DNA of 64,000 nucleotides from Obrimoposthia wandeli (lineage: Eukaryota), in the NCBI GenBank assembly GCA_977020255.1, contig CDROCS010000122.1:682001-746000 (forward strand), read 5' to 3'. Positions 1 through 11,086 of this stretch are shown here, in pieces; positions within the stretch are counted from its first letter, which is position 1; the number at the start of each line of letters is the position of its first letter. The translations under genes were made by a program, and so were the position numbers. A model generated the notes under the pieces. It had not been told where the DNA came from. It did no database searches and was given only the letters and a program-made list of their open reading frames with translations.

Positions 1-46
1 CTATCGTGGCGATAACCTCAAGATGTTCGATAAAGACTAAATCCAT
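1..46 (-). CDS. folB: Dihydroneopterin aldolase, N-terminal fragment running off the window start
   Basis: Reverse complement reads MDLVFIEHLEVIATI, matching the FolB N-terminus; divergent from plsY as in enteric bacteria. Confidence 0.85.
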   Translation of the reverse strand, partial: MDLVFIEHLEVIATI

Positions 47-280
47 TTTCAATCGCTAATTTTGTTAGAGGTCGGATACCTAATTTGAGCAAAAGCGCGT
101 ATTATCAGGTTGTAATCGTCAAAAATCATGACATTCATTCATCAGGTCATCATATTGCTTAGCAACCTGAAGCGGTATTATACCACACGCGTGAATTACT
201 GGAATGAAACCAGGTGATTATCATCAGATAAGCCGGAATGATACAACAGTGACATTATCGCGACCGAGCTGGAATTTTAC

Positions 281-892
281 ATGACGCCATTAGTTCTTCT
301 GATCATCATAGGGGCCTACTTATTAGGCTCTATATCAAGTGCGGTTTTAATCAGCCGTCTTTATCGCTTTCCCGATCCCCGAGATTCAGGTTCAGGTAAT
401 CCTGGTGCCACCAATGTTTTACGCTTAGGCGGTAAAAGTGCAGCGGGCATGGTACTGATATGTGATGTTCTAAAAGGTATGTTGCCAGTTTGGCTAAGTT
501 ACTTCCTCAATATTAATCCCTTTTTATTGGGCATTATTGGTATTGCAGCCTGCCTTGGGCATATATATCCGATCTTTTTCCATTTTAGAGGTGGAAAAGG
601 TGTAGCAACAGCGCTTGGTGCACTGGCCCCTATTGGCTGGGATCTGAGTGGGATGCTAATTGGCACTTGGCTGCTAACTGTCTTTATTACTGGCTATTCA
701 TCGCTAGGTTCACTGATTACGGCACTTGCAGCCCCAATGCTGACATGGTTCGTTAAACCTGAATATACAATGGCAGTCTCGATGCTTTCTTGCCTTATCG
801 TATTACGTCACCATGACAATGTACGTCGATTATTAGAAGGCAAAGAAACAAAAATCTGGCAAAAAATAAGCCGTAAAACCAAACTAAAATAG
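281..892 (+). CDS. plsY: Glycerol-3-phosphate 1-O-acyltransferase PlsY
   Basis: Motifs [15 protein letters not shown] and FRGGKGVAT; membrane protein of 203 aa. Confidence 0.97.
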   Translation: MTPLVLLIIIGAYLLGSISSAVLISRLYRFPDPRDSGSGNPGATNVLRLGGKSAAGMVLICDVLKGMLPVWLSYFLNINPFLLGIIGIAACLGHIYPIFFHFRGGKGVATALGALAPIGWDLSGMLIGTWLLTVFITGYSSLGSLITALAAPMLTWFVKPEYTMAVSMLSCLIVLRHHDNVRRLLEGKETKIWQKISRKTKLK

Positions 893-972
893 CGTGATTT
901 CTACGGCCCATCGGTTATTAAACTAGCGTATTAAAACATCAAATAATGTTTAATTAACAACCACCTTAATAT

Positions 973-1992
973 TTACTTTTTTAACGGTTTCAACTGATCG
1001 ATCGGCCAGCGTGGGTACGCTTTTACGCTCAAGTCCATCAATTCTTGATTTTTCAATCGCTGCATTCCTGCATACGCGATCATTGCACCGTTATCCGTAC
1101 AAAACTCTGTACGAGGGTAAAAAACCTCACCATTCAATTTTGTCATCAAAGAGCCTAGCTCTTGGCGTAAGTATGTATTTGCACTTACTCCGCCCGCGAT
1201 GACTAAGCGTGTCAACCCCGTTTGTTTCAGTGCGCGTTTACACTTAATTGCCAATGTATCAACCACCGCTTCTTGGAAAGCAAATGCAATATCAGCACGC
1301 GTTTGTTCGTCATCGTCGTTAGCTCGAATGGTATTTGCAGCAAACGTTTTTAACCCCGAAAAACTGAAGTTTAAACCAGGACGATCTGTCATAGGGCGAG
1401 GGAATTTAAAGCGCCCTTTCGTGCCCTTTTCAGCCAGTTTGGATAACAACGGACCACCAGGGTAATCTAAGCCCATTAGCTTGGCGGTTTTATCAAAAGC
1501 CTCACCTGCTGCATCATCAACAGACTCACCTAAAATTTGATATTCACCAACAGCTTGCACTTCAACCATCATGGTGTGGCCGCCAGAAACCAGCAGTGCC
1601 ACGAATGGAAAATCAGGGGCATTATCTTCTAGCATCGGAGCCAGTAAATGCCCTTCCATATGGTGTACTGCCACAGCAGGTAAACCCCACGCATAAGCAA
1701 GGCTACGACCAATGGTTGCACCCACTAATAACGCACCAACCAAACCCGGGCCAGCAGTGTAAGCAACACCATCAAGATCTGCAGGTGTTAATCCCGCTTT
1801 TTTCAATGTTTCTTTGATCAACGGAATGGTTTTTTTAACATGATCACGAGAAGCTAACTCAGGTACAACGCCACCATAATCAGCATGTAATTTCACCTGA
1901 CTGTAAAGCTCATGTGACAGTAAACCTTGCTCATCATCGAAAATCGCAACGCCAGTTTCATCACAAGACGTTTCGATGCCCAATATACGCAT
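973..1992 (-). CDS. tsaD: tRNA threonylcarbamoyladenosine biosynthesis protein TsaD
   Basis: [16 protein letters not shown] and [10 protein letters not shown] motifs; divergent from rpsU. Confidence 0.98.
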   Translation of the reverse strand: MRILGIETSCDETGVAIFDDEQGLLSHELYSQVKLHADYGGVVPELASRDHVKKTIPLIKETLKKAGLTPADLDGVAYTAGPGLVGALLVGATIGRSLAYAWGLPAVAVHHMEGHLLAPMLEDNAPDFPFVALLVSGGHTMMVEVQAVGEYQILGESVDDAAGEAFDKTAKLMGLDYPGGPLLSKLAEKGTKGRFKFPRPMTDRPGLNFSFSGLKTFAANTIRANDDDEQTRADIAFAFQEAVVDTLAIKCKRALKQTGLTRLVIAGGVSANTYLRQELGSLMTKLNGEVFYPRTEFCTDNGAMIAYAGMQRLKNQELMDLSVKAYPRWPIDQLKPLKK

Positions 1993-2138
1993 AACAACCT
2001 CTATACTATTAGGGTACCAATCTGATAAATTACGCTGTCTCTTGGAGCAAACAACGCTTCAAACTGGGATTAAGGGGAGTAATTGAAGCTTATGTTACCG
2101 CCCTTGACAGAAATTAACCAGTTCATGGTGGTGAATGC

Positions 2139-2168
2139 TTTACAAACACCCCTAGATCAGATTAGAAT
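2139..2168 (+). promoter_or_regulatory. Candidate sigma70 promoter of the rpsU operon
   Basis: TTTACA-N18-TAGAAT, same architecture as the E. coli rpsU promoter. Confidence 0.6.
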
Positions 2169-2243
2169 TTCGCACCATTTTTAAAATTAGCTGACTATAT
2201 TGATCGTCAGCATATAACCGAATCACTCTGAGGTGAGTATTAC

Positions 2244-2459
2244 ATGCCAGTAATCAAAGTACGTGAAAACGAACCGTTCGACGTAGCACTACGTCGCTTT
2301 AAGCGCTCTTGTGAAAAAGCAGGTATCCTTTCTGAAGTTCGTCGTCGCGAGCACTTCGAAAAGCCAACTACTGTACGTAAGCGTGCTAAAGCAGCGGCAG
2401 TTAAGCGTCACCTGAAGAAATTGGCTCGCGAAAACGCGCGTCGCGTTCGTCTGTACTAA
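2244..2459 (+). CDS. rpsU: 30S ribosomal protein S21
   Basis: [27 protein letters not shown]; SD GAGGTG. Confidence 0.99.
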   Translation: MPVIKVRENEPFDVALRRFKRSCEKAGILSEVRRREHFEKPTTVRKRAKAAAVKRHLKKLARENARRVRLY

Positions 2460-2485
2460 TTCGCAGATAACGAAAGGACCGCGTA

Positions 2486-2929
2486 ATGACTCTGACTGAA
2501 CGTCTTAAAGACGAACAAAAAGCGGCAATGAAGGCGAGAAATAAACCTCGCCTTGGTGCCATCCGTTTAGTACTTGCTGCCATAAAGCAACGTGAAGTTG
2601 ATGAAAGAATTACGCTTTCTGATGACGACGTGCTAGCAGTATTAGTTAAAATGGTTAAGCAACGCCGTGATTCTGTAGCTCAATATGAAGCTGCAAATCG
2701 ACAAGATCTTGCTGATGTTGAACTTGCTGAAATTGCAGTACTTGATGAATTTATGCCTCAACCACTGAGTGATGACGAAGTTGTCGCTTTATTGGATGAA
2801 GCAGTGATTTCAACTGGTGCCGTCAGCATGCAAGACATGGGCAAGCTCATGGGTGTATTGAAACCGCTTATTCAGGGTCGTGCCGACATGGGAAAAGTTA
2901 GCCAATTAGTGAAAGCTAAATTAGGTTAA
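2486..2929 (+). CDS. yqeY: GatB/YqeY domain protein
   Basis: LKDEQKAAMKAR, KMVKQRRDS and DMGKLMG patterns; usual position after rpsU. Confidence 0.92.
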   Translation: MTLTERLKDEQKAAMKARNKPRLGAIRLVLAAIKQREVDERITLSDDDVLAVLVKMVKQRRDSVAQYEAANRQDLADVELAEIAVLDEFMPQPLSDDEVVALLDEAVISTGAVSMQDMGKLMGVLKPLIQGRADMGKVSQLVKAKLG

Positions 2930-2947
2930 ACTAACCCAGCTCTACAG

Positions 2948-2990
2948 CAAGCCGTGCAATCCATTAGGAACGCACGGCTTGTTTGTATTT
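2948..2990 (+). terminator. Intra-operon terminator ahead of dnaG
   Basis: CAAGCCGTGC/GCACGGCTTG 10-bp stem then TTTGTATTT; analogous to the E. coli rpsU-dnaG terminator. Confidence 0.75.
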
Positions 2991-3057
2991 TTTCTTCACC
3001 ATTTTCAATCTAATAAACACCCTATTCCTTCAATTACTTTCAGGTATCTCTCACTGT

Positions 3058-4809
3058 ATGTCAGGAAAAATTCCTCGTTCATTTATCGATGATCTCATCA
3101 CACGACATGACATCGTTGATGTGGTTGATGCGCGGGTGAAGCTTAAAAAACAAGGTAAAAACTTCGGTGCTTGTTGTCCTTTCCATAATGAGAAAACCCC
3201 ATCTTTTTCTGTCAGCCAAGAAAAACAGTTCTATCATTGTTTTGGGTGTGGTGTGCACGGTAATGTTCTCGACTTCGTCATGGAGTTTGATCGACTTGAA
3301 TTTGTCGAAGCCATTGAAGAACTTTCCTCACAGCTAGGTCTTGAAGTTCCGCGAGAAGACGGCGGGAAACCTTCTGGTCCACGAACAGCAGAAAAAAGAA
3401 GCCTGTATGACCAAATGGGGCTTATTTCACAATTTTATCAGTCTCAATTACGTACACCTGACGGACAAACCGCTATTGATTATTTAAAAAATCGCGGGTT
3501 ATCTGGCGAAGTTGTACAAAAGTTTGGGATAGGTTATATCCCCGATCAGTGGGATATGGTTCGCAGCCGTTTTGGCCGAGATCCTGAATCGCAAAAAGCA
3601 CTTGTTACCACAGGCATGCTAATCGAAAACGACAGTGGCCGACGTTACGACCGTTTCCGTGGACGAGTGATGTTTCCGATTCATGATCGCCGTGGGCGTG
3701 TCATTGGTTTTGGTGGACGAGTATTAGGTGATGGTACACCTAAATACCTCAACTCACCGGAAACCCCAATTTTCCATAAAGGACGTGAGTTATACGGCCT
3801 CTATGAAGTGTTACAAGCGCATCGAGAGCCAGTAAAACTGTTGGTTGTCGAAGGGTATATGGATGTTGTTGCACTTGCACAGTTTGGTGTTGATTACGCC
3901 GTTGCTTCACTAGGTACAGCAACAACCAGTGATCACCTTCAAACCTTATTCCGTCAAACCAGTACAGTCGTATGTTGTTATGATGGTGACCGAGCAGGTC
4001 GTGAAGCTGCCTGGCGAGCAATGGAACAAGCCTTGCCCTTCCTAACAGATGGTCGCCAATTGAAATTCATGTTCTTACCCGATGGAGAAGATCCTGACTC
4101 ATGCATACGTGCCGAGGGTAAAGATGCCTTTGAAGAACGTACGACTCAGGCGATGCCATTAACAGAGTTTCTCTTTAACACCTTGATGCTACAGGTTGAT
4201 ACAAGCAGCAAAGAAGGTATGGCCAAATTGAGTATTTTGGCGGTACCTCTCATTGATAAAGTACCAGGCGGAACACTCCGACTATACTTACGTGAACTGC
4301 TAGGTAAAAAATTAGGCTTACCTGACGAAGCGCAACTTCAGCAGCTAATATCTAAGCAAGGTATTGAAACTAAAAAAATTGCAACACCAGAAATTAAACG
4401 CACCCCTATGCGTGAAGCCATCGCGTTACTGATTCAAAAGCCGAATTTCGTCAATAGTCTTGAGTTTGAGATAGCGGATTTCGAAGGGATTGATGTCCCT
4501 GGGTTAAATTTATTGCTATCAATAGTTGATAAATGTCGTGCTAACCCCAATATCTCTACTGGTCAGTTATTAGAGCACTGGCGTGGTAATAAGCAAGAAG
4601 CCATGATGGCCCGTTTGGCCACTTGGGAACTGCCTCTGTCAGATGACGAGGATCAGACTCTAAATGTATTTTTAGACGCTATGGACCGAATTATTGGTCA
4701 ATGTGTCAAACAACAAATAGAAAAGTTGCAGGCTAAATCGAACACTGTCGGCTTATCAGTCGAAGAGAAGCAGGAGTTACAGTTACTTATACTGAACCGT
4801 CCTGGCTAG
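3058..4809 (+). CDS. dnaG: DNA primase
   Basis: CHC2 zinc finger (CCPFH...CFGC), TOPRIM VVEGYMDV and DPD motifs; start moved to ATG 3058 (MSGKIPRSFIDDL) from the track's 2983. Confidence 0.98.
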   Translation: MSGKIPRSFIDDLITRHDIVDVVDARVKLKKQGKNFGACCPFHNEKTPSFSVSQEKQFYHCFGCGVHGNVLDFVMEFDRLEFVEAIEELSSQLGLEVPREDGGKPSGPRTAEKRSLYDQMGLISQFYQSQLRTPDGQTAIDYLKNRGLSGEVVQKFGIGYIPDQWDMVRSRFGRDPESQKALVTTGMLIENDSGRRYDRFRGRVMFPIHDRRGRVIGFGGRVLGDGTPKYLNSPETPIFHKGRELYGLYEVLQAHREPVKLLVVEGYMDVVALAQFGVDYAVASLGTATTSDHLQTLFRQTSTVVCCYDGDRAGREAAWRAMEQALPFLTDGRQLKFMFLPDGEDPDSCIRAEGKDAFEERTTQAMPLTEFLFNTLMLQVDTSSKEGMAKLSILAVPLIDKVPGGTLRLYLRELLGKKLGLPDEAQLQQLISKQGIETKKIATPEIKRTPMREAIALLIQKPNFVNSLEFEIADFEGIDVPGLNLLLSIVDKCRANPNISTGQLLEHWRGNKQEAMMARLATWELPLSDDEDQTLNVFLDAMDRIIGQCVKQQIEKLQAKSNTVGLSVEEKQELQLLILNRPG

Positions 4810-4901
4810 TATGTAGTCAACAATTAAGAAATTTGTTATAATTAATGGTTTGCATTTCAGCATACTAAATTCTCACTCAGACCCGAAGTTGGATACCGTC
4901 T

Positions 4902-6740
4902 ATGGAGCAAAATCCGCAGTCTCAGCTAAAGTTACTTGTCGCAAAAGGCAAAGAGCAAGGCTATCTGACCTACGCCGAAGTAAATGATCACCTACCGGAA
5001 GATATCGTAGACTCCGACCAGGTTGAAGACATTATCCAAATGATCAATGACATGGGCATCAAGGTTGTAGAAACCGCACCTGATGCCGATGAAATAATGA
5101 TGACTGAAGATAATACAGATGAAGACGCTATTGAAGCGGCGGCTCAGGCATTATCTAGCGTAGAAAGCGAGATCGGTCGTACGACTGATCCTGTTCGTAT
5201 GTACATGCGTGAAATGGGTACAGTAGAACTACTGACTCGTGAAGGCGAAATTGATATCGCCAAACGCATTGAAGATGGCATCAACCAAGTTCAGTGTTCT
5301 GTAGCAGAATACCCTTCAGCCATCGCTTACTTACTTGAACAGTTTGATAAAGTTGAAGCCGATGAGCTTCGTCTTACCGATATAATCTCTGGCTTTATTG
5401 ATCCAAATGAAGAGCAAACTGCTGCACCAACAGCAACTCACATCGGTTCAGAGCTAAGTGAAAAAGATCTTGCAGACGAAGACAAAAATCTAGAAACAGA
5501 CGAAGATGACGAAGAAGAGGAAGATACTGGTATTGATCCAGAACTTGCTCGTGAAAAGTTCCTTGAGCTACGCCACTCGTACGAAAAAATGGCATTAGCC
5601 ATCAATACGCATGGTCGTCACAATGCAACGACTGAAGTCGCTGTAGGTGAGCTTTCTGAAATCTTTAAGCAATTCCGTTTAATTCCAAAACAGTTTGATA
5701 AACTTGTTCGCTCACTACGCGATTCAATGGATAAAGTACGCACGAACGAGCGTCTTATCATGCGTATGTGTGTTGATAACAGTAAAATGCCAAAGAAGAC
5801 ATTCATTAAATTCTTCGCTGGTAATGAGTCATCTCCAGACTGGATTGATGAAGCACTAAACTCTGGCAAGCCATACGCAGAGCGTCTAAAAATCTATGAA
5901 GAAGATCTTCGTCGCTCATCACTTAAATTGCGTATTCTTGAAAAAGAAACAGGCTTATCAATTGAACGTATAAAAGACATCAGCCGTCGCATGTCTATCG
6001 GTGAAGCAAAAGCGCGCCGTGCGAAGAAAGAGATGGTTGAAGCAAACTTACGTTTGGTTATTTCGATCGCTAAAAAGTACACCAACCGTGGTTTACAATT
6101 CTTGGATCTAATCCAAGAAGGTAACATCGGTCTGATGAAAGCCGTTGATAAATTTGAATACCGTCGTGGTTATAAGTTCTCGACTTATGCAACGTGGTGG
6201 ATTCGTCAGGCGATCACTCGTTCGATTGCAGACCAAGCACGTACTATCCGTATTCCAGTGCACATGATTGAGACGATCAACAAATTGAATCGTATTTCTC
6301 GTCAAATGCTACAGGAAATGGGTCGTGAGCCTATTCCGGAAGAATTGGCTGAGCGCATGCAAATGCCTGAAGACAAAATCCGTAAAGTGCTTAAGATTGC
6401 GAAAGAGCCAATCTCAATGGAAACACCAATTGGTGATGATGAAGATTCACACCTAGGCGACTTCATTGAAGATAACACGCTACAGCTTCCAATGGATGCA
6501 GCAACAGCAACTAACTTGCGTGCGGCAACTAACGATGTTCTAGCGGGTCTTACGCCACGTGAAGCGAAAGTACTTCGTATGCGTTTCGGTATCGATATGA
6601 ACACTGACCACACTCTAGAAGAAGTGGGCAAGCAGTTCGACGTAACGCGTGAGCGTATTCGTCAAATCGAAGCCAAAGCATTACGTAAACTTCGCCACCC
6701 AAGCCGTTCAGACGTGCTACGTAGCTTCCTTGACGAGTAA
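4902..6740 (+). CDS. rpoD: RNA polymerase sigma-70 factor
   Basis: [10 protein letters not shown] start, region 2 [12 protein letters not shown], region 4 [19 protein letters not shown]. Confidence 0.99.
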   Translation: MEQNPQSQLKLLVAKGKEQGYLTYAEVNDHLPEDIVDSDQVEDIIQMINDMGIKVVETAPDADEIMMTEDNTDEDAIEAAAQALSSVESEIGRTTDPVRMYMREMGTVELLTREGEIDIAKRIEDGINQVQCSVAEYPSAIAYLLEQFDKVEADELRLTDIISGFIDPNEEQTAAPTATHIGSELSEKDLADEDKNLETDEDDEEEEDTGIDPELAREKFLELRHSYEKMALAINTHGRHNATTEVAVGELSEIFKQFRLIPKQFDKLVRSLRDSMDKVRTNERLIMRMCVDNSKMPKKTFIKFFAGNESSPDWIDEALNSGKPYAERLKIYEEDLRRSSLKLRILEKETGLSIERIKDISRRMSIGEAKARRAKKEMVEANLRLVISIAKKYTNRGLQFLDLIQEGNIGLMKAVDKFEYRRGYKFSTYATWWIRQAITRSIADQARTIRIPVHMIETINKLNRISRQMLQEMGREPIPEELAERMQMPEDKIRKVLKIAKEPISMETPIGDDEDSHLGDFIEDNTLQLPMDAATATNLRAATNDVLAGLTPREAKVLRMRFGIDMNTDHTLEEVGKQFDVTRERIRQIEAKALRKLRHPSRSDVLRSFLDE

Positions 6741-6763
6741 TCCACTCGTCATTGGTCGTTAAT

Positions 6764-6792
6764 AAAAAGCGAGCTAATAAGCTCGCTTTTTT
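6764..6792 (+). terminator. Intrinsic terminator after rpoD (bidirectional form)
   Basis: AAAAAGCGAGC-TAATAA-GCTCGCTTTTTT. Confidence 0.9.
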
Positions 6793-6884
6793 TATGACTG
6801 TGAATTAGAAACACTTTATTTATAAGTCTTTATAAATAAAGTGTTAACTGCCTAAAAAGCAAACAGAACATCTGCTTTATTCAC

Positions 6885-6913
6885 TAGACAAGCTCGAAAG
6901 CATCCCCTATAAT
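6885..6913 (+). promoter_or_regulatory. sigma70 promoter of the tRNA gene
   Basis: TAGACA-N17-TATAAT, 12 bp upstream of the tRNA. Confidence 0.8.
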
Positions 6914-6925
6914 CTCTCGCACACT

Positions 6926-7001
6926 GGCCCCTTAGCTCAGTGGTTAGAGCAGGCGACTCATAATCGCTTGGTCGTCTGTTCAAGTCAGACAGGGGCCACC
7001 A
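6926..7001 (+). tRNA. ileX: tRNA-Ile2 (anticodon CAU, lysidine type; often annotated tRNA-Met)
   Basis: 76 nt GGCCCCTTAGCTCAGTGGTTAGAGC...CTCATAA...GTCTG-TTCAAGT-CAGAC-AGGGGCCACCA; matches E. coli ileX as I recall it, except compensatory T-stem changes; CCA encoded. Confidence 0.95.
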
Positions 7002-7007
7002 AATTCT

Positions 7008-7041
7008 AAAAGCCTGATGAAGAAATTCGTCAGGCTTTTTT
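7008..7041 (+). terminator. Terminator after the tRNA
   Basis: AAAAGCCTGATGA...TCGTCAGGCTTTTTT. Confidence 0.85.
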
Positions 7042-7400
7042 CGTTCTGGCCTTTCCATATCCTGTCTTCGTGTTGGGGCAATTAAGTCCCTTTCGAGCTA
7101 CTCCACTGAAATTCATCAGCAAGTTTCCGCTGAGTATATTTCTAGCAGAAATTCTATACTGCATATCACAAGCCATACCACTCTCAAGCCCATTAGTAAC
7201 TGACAAAAAACCAATAAGCGGTTCCTGACAAAAACAAAGAAATAGATCTATATATAAATTATGAATGATAGTTTACGTTACGTTCAAATAATCGATGTTA
7301 TTGTTTGATTAGATGCTTATGATGCGAGAAACTTGCACTTACTTCGTTATGTAACTTCACTCGCATAAAAAACAGGCTTTCTTTAGGTGGAAATATAAGT

Positions 7401-8336
7401 ATGTCAAACACCAATATTTTAGTTGAATCTGGAACTAATGAACTAGAAATTGCCGAATTTCAAATCATTAAAGAATTGCCCGATGGCGGAACGAAAGTAA
7501 ACAGCTATGGCATTAATGTAGCTAAAGTGCGGGAAGTTATTCGTTATCCCGAAATGACTGATTACCCTAAAGGCAACAAGCATATAGTCGGGGTATTTAA
7601 GTCAAGAGATAAGGTTACCCCTCTAATCCATTTAGCTAAATGGTTAGGGTTATCCGAAAAACAACCATCTTCCAACCAATTTGTTATCGTCACCGACTTT
7701 AATGGCGTGACAAACGGCTTTTTAATTGACTCCATTAGCCGTATTCACCGAGTTTCATGGTCTGATTTAGAAGCGGCTAACGAGATATCTTTAGCTGGAG
7801 AAGATAATTGCATTGTGGCGTCAGTTAATTTAGATGATCGACTAGTGTTTATTCTAGATTTTGAGCTAATTATTGCAGAGATGAATTCAGATATTAATAT
7901 GAGTCAATATAACCTCAGCACAGACAACAATGTTGACTTATCACCAGAGAAAAAAAGAAGAAGGGCACAACATACAATCCTAATCGCGGATGACTCTAAG
8001 TTTATATTGGAGCAATTAAGTAATGTTGTATCTGAGTCTGGTTATCTGATTGAAACAGCTACCGATGGTGAGCAGGCACTTAAATCTTATGAATCGAATA
8101 AACAAAATATTAGCGTTATTGTCTCTGATGTAGAGATGCCAAAAGTAGATGGCTTATTTTTATGCAAAACTATAACAAGCCAGCCAAATCATCCACCAGT
8201 GTTAATTTTCTCGTCAACGATGACAAAAGAAAATAAACTGAAGGCATTCGAAGTTGGTGCTACAGAAACGTTAACCAAACCTGAAATTCATAGATTAATT
8301 CCATTGCTTGATGAGCTACTGTTCCCTAACGGATAA
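7401..8336 (+). CDS. cheV: Chemotaxis protein CheV (CheW plus receiver domain), orphan
   Basis: ESGTNELEI and YGINVAKVREV CheW start; receiver IADDS, SDVEMP..DG, TKP. Confidence 0.88.
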   Translation: MSNTNILVESGTNELEIAEFQIIKELPDGGTKVNSYGINVAKVREVIRYPEMTDYPKGNKHIVGVFKSRDKVTPLIHLAKWLGLSEKQPSSNQFVIVTDFNGVTNGFLIDSISRIHRVSWSDLEAANEISLAGEDNCIVASVNLDDRLVFILDFELIIAEMNSDINMSQYNLSTDNNVDLSPEKKRRRAQHTILIADDSKFILEQLSNVVSESGYLIETATDGEQALKSYESNKQNISVIVSDVEMPKVDGLFLCKTITSQPNHPPVLIFSSTMTKENKLKAFEVGATETLTKPEIHRLIPLLDELLFPNG

Positions 8337-8370
8337 GTCTTACATCTACACTATGCAACTTTTCGATTAG

Positions 8371-8396
8371 AGCCAATAAATGTACGTTTATTGGCT
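8371..8396 (+). terminator. Hairpin downstream of cheV, probable terminator
   Basis: AGCCAATAAA-TGTACG-TTTATTGGCT perfect 10-bp stem, weak U tract. Confidence 0.55.
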
Positions 8397-9053
8397 TCTG
8401 TCTATATTCACATTATCACCAATAAAATCAAAGACATAATAACCAGACCCATTACCTGATGCCCTACAAGACCACGTCAAATTCAAACTTACTACCTCGT
8501 ATCATGATAAAGCAAAAACCCAACAAGCGTGGAATGAACCGCAATGTGAACTCTAGATTCATTACCGCCGACGCCGTCAACGCGTCGTAACAGATAAAAC
8601 GGTATTCCCTTACAGCAGACTACTCATTAAAATGTAACAAAATTTCGCTACCCTGATGCCTTAGTAACAATCTTAATGACGAAATAACGCACTGTGATAA
8701 CGAAATAAGGAAGGTTGTTTGTAAAAAATAGCGAAAAACCGCTCAACAATTGACGAATGACAAAACTTTATTCCTGATAACATACATAATTGTTCTACAT
8801 TGCTTTGAATATTCGCACAAAAAACATGACAGCTATCACAAGGTGATAACGGATAGGAAATCTGCTATACTAGCTGCTTGTTTATCACTTGATTTTATGA
8901 ATATAAGGTCAATTAGTGAGAACAATGTAGTGGGAACATGACAATTTATGATCAACAGAAATGCCTTATGAAAGTGAATAACTTACTTTCATAAGGCAAT
9001 ATTTTTGTAAAAATTTTGTATTATCATCGCAGTCGAAAGCCAGTTAGTTGCAG

Positions 9054-9075
9054 TTTTGTGATTAACCTCTCAGTA
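9054..9075. promoter_or_regulatory. Candidate CRP site upstream of pykF
   Basis: TGTGA-TTAACC-TCTCA, 9/10 match to TGTGA-N6-TCACA. Confidence 0.5.
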
Positions 9076-9170
9076 TGAGGCCGTTATTCAACATTATTGA
9101 TACCTCGCTTTCAGGTATAACACTGTGATTAAATTTCCCTTGGGTAAAGATTGTCTGGAGACTGTCCTCA

Positions 9171-10583
9171 ATGAAAAAGACCAAGATCGTATGTACGATT
9201 GGACCAAAAACTGAATCTGTAGAAATGCTGACTAAACTAGCTAACGCTGGTATGAACGTAATGCGTTTAAACTTCTCTCACGGTAACTTCGAAGAACACG
9301 GTCAACGTATCGTAAACCTACGTGAAGTAATGGCTGCATCTGCTCAGCCTCTAGCTATCTTGCTAGATACTAAAGGTCCTGAAATTCGTACTATCAAACT
9401 AGAAAATGGCGAAGATTTCGCTCTAGTTGCTGGTCAAGAATTCACATTCACAACTGATATTACAGTTGTTGGCAACCAAGACTGCGTTGCAGTAACTTAC
9501 CCAGGTTTCGCTAAAGACCTTACTAAAGGTAACATCATCCTTGTTGATGATGGTCTTATCGAAATGGAAGTACTAGAAACAACTGAAACTGAAGTTAAGT
9601 GTAAAGTACTTAACAACGGTGACCTTGGTGAAAACAAAGGTGTTAACCTACCTGGCGTTTCTGTAAAGCTTCCTGCTCTTTCTGAAAAAGATAAAGCAGA
9701 CCTAGTATTCGGTTGTGAGCAAGGCGTTGATTTCGTTGCTGCATCTTTCATTCGTAAAGAAGATGATGTTAAAGAAATCCGTGCTCTACTTACTGCTAAC
9801 GGTGGCGAGAAGATTCAAATCATCTCTAAAATCGAAAACCAGGAAGGCGTTGATAACTTTGACTCTATCCTAGAAGCTTCTGACGGTATCATGGTTGCTC
9901 GTGGCGACCTTGGTGTTGAAATCCCAGTTGAAGAAGTTATCTTTGCTCAGAAGATGATGATCGAGAAATGTAATCGCGCACGTAAAGTTGTTATCACTGC
10001 AACTCAAATGCTTGATTCTATGATTAAGAACCCACGTCCAACTCGCGCAGAAGCGGGTGACGTTGCGAACGCAATCATGGATGGTACAGATGCAGTAATG
10101 CTTTCTGGTGAATCAGCTAAGGGTAAATACCCAATTGAAGCTGTAACTATCATGGCTCAAATCTGTAAGCGTACAGATTCAGTGTTAAAAGCAGAACTAG
10201 GTTCTCGTCTAGACAGCTCTCGTCTACGTATTACTGAAGCTGTATGTAAAGGTGCAGTAGACACTTCAGAGAAGCTAAATGCTCCTCTAATTATTGTTGC
10301 TACTGAAGCGGGTAAATCTGCACGCTCTATCCGTAAGTACTTCCCAACAGCGAAAATTATTGCTGTAACTACAAACCAGAAAACAGCTGCTCAGCTTTGT
10401 CTAACGAAAGGTGTTACACCTATCGTTGTTGATGCTATCGACAGCACTGATGCATTCTACAGCCGCGGTAAAGAAATCGCGCTAGAAACTGGTCTTGGCG
10501 CTAAAGGCGATATCGTTGTTATGGTATCTGGCGCACTAGTTCCTTCTGGTACAACTAACACAGCTTCTGTACACGTACTTTAA
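9171..10583 (+). CDS. pykF: Pyruvate kinase I
   Basis: [29 protein letters not shown] and [11 protein letters not shown] motifs. Confidence 0.98.
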   Translation: MKKTKIVCTIGPKTESVEMLTKLANAGMNVMRLNFSHGNFEEHGQRIVNLREVMAASAQPLAILLDTKGPEIRTIKLENGEDFALVAGQEFTFTTDITVVGNQDCVAVTYPGFAKDLTKGNIILVDDGLIEMEVLETTETEVKCKVLNNGDLGENKGVNLPGVSVKLPALSEKDKADLVFGCEQGVDFVAASFIRKEDDVKEIRALLTANGGEKIQIISKIENQEGVDNFDSILEASDGIMVARGDLGVEIPVEEVIFAQKMMIEKCNRARKVVITATQMLDSMIKNPRPTRAEAGDVANAIMDGTDAVMLSGESAKGKYPIEAVTIMAQICKRTDSVLKAELGSRLDSSRLRITEAVCKGAVDTSEKLNAPLIIVATEAGKSARSIRKYFPTAKIIAVTTNQKTAAQLCLTKGVTPIVVDAIDSTDAFYSRGKEIALETGLGAKGDIVVMVSGALVPSGTTNTASVHVL

Positions 10584-10600
10584 GTCGTATACTGAGTTTT

Positions 10601-10628
10601 AAAATGGGAGCTTCGGCTCCCATTTTTT
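10601..10628 (+). terminator. pykF terminator
   Basis: AAAATGGGAGC-TTCG-GCTCCCATTTTTT. Confidence 0.92.
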
Positions 10629-11086
10629 GTATCTGGATACTTACAATACCAGTCTAGACAAGTATCTGATCATCCTTGCTGGTTAAAATTGCTTATAACT
10701 GCGTTAGAAATTTGGCAATTAGAACCACTAGTTACTTCAATTTCTGCCTTGTTATTATCAATTTTTCCTACGCAATAATCTGACCATTTACTTATCCAGA
10801 ATGGTATAACGTATCGAATACTCACACTTTTCTATATCCTCCCTATCTGCATTTACTCACAAATTCATCTTTTCTATATCGCACCCTAACCGCATAAATC
10901 GTATACTTCATAATAAGCAGATACTTCTAGGGTATAAACCGTCACTCGCTGGTATTTCAATTTCCACCAGAGCGACTAGCCTAATAAGTAATACTTTCTT
11001 GCTGACTAATATTCATCGAAATATCCTATGCAAATGAAAACTCATACTTAGCATTAGGGAATAACAATAAAAATGAGAGGAATTTA

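Noticed and set aside
199-213. FadR site between folB and plsY
   Set aside because: CTGG-N7-CCAG has the wrong spacing (FadR uses N5) and lacks the TC/GA core
7320-7370. c-di-GMP riboswitch upstream of cheV
   Set aside because: A hairpin exists (ATGCGAG/CTCGCAT) but the GEMM-I GGCAAACC/GNRA-receptor features are absent
8455-8468. REP-like CCTGATGCCCTAC
   Set aside because: Resembles one arm of the enterobacterial REP but the complementary arm is missing
8750-8941. Track ORF of 63 aa upstream of pykF
   Set aside because: TTG start, no SD, AT-rich promoter-like DNA
7002-9170. attL/attR duplicate of the tRNA 3' end marking an intact island
   Set aside because: No second copy of CAGGGGCCACCA noticed by eye and no integrase; an exact string search would confirm
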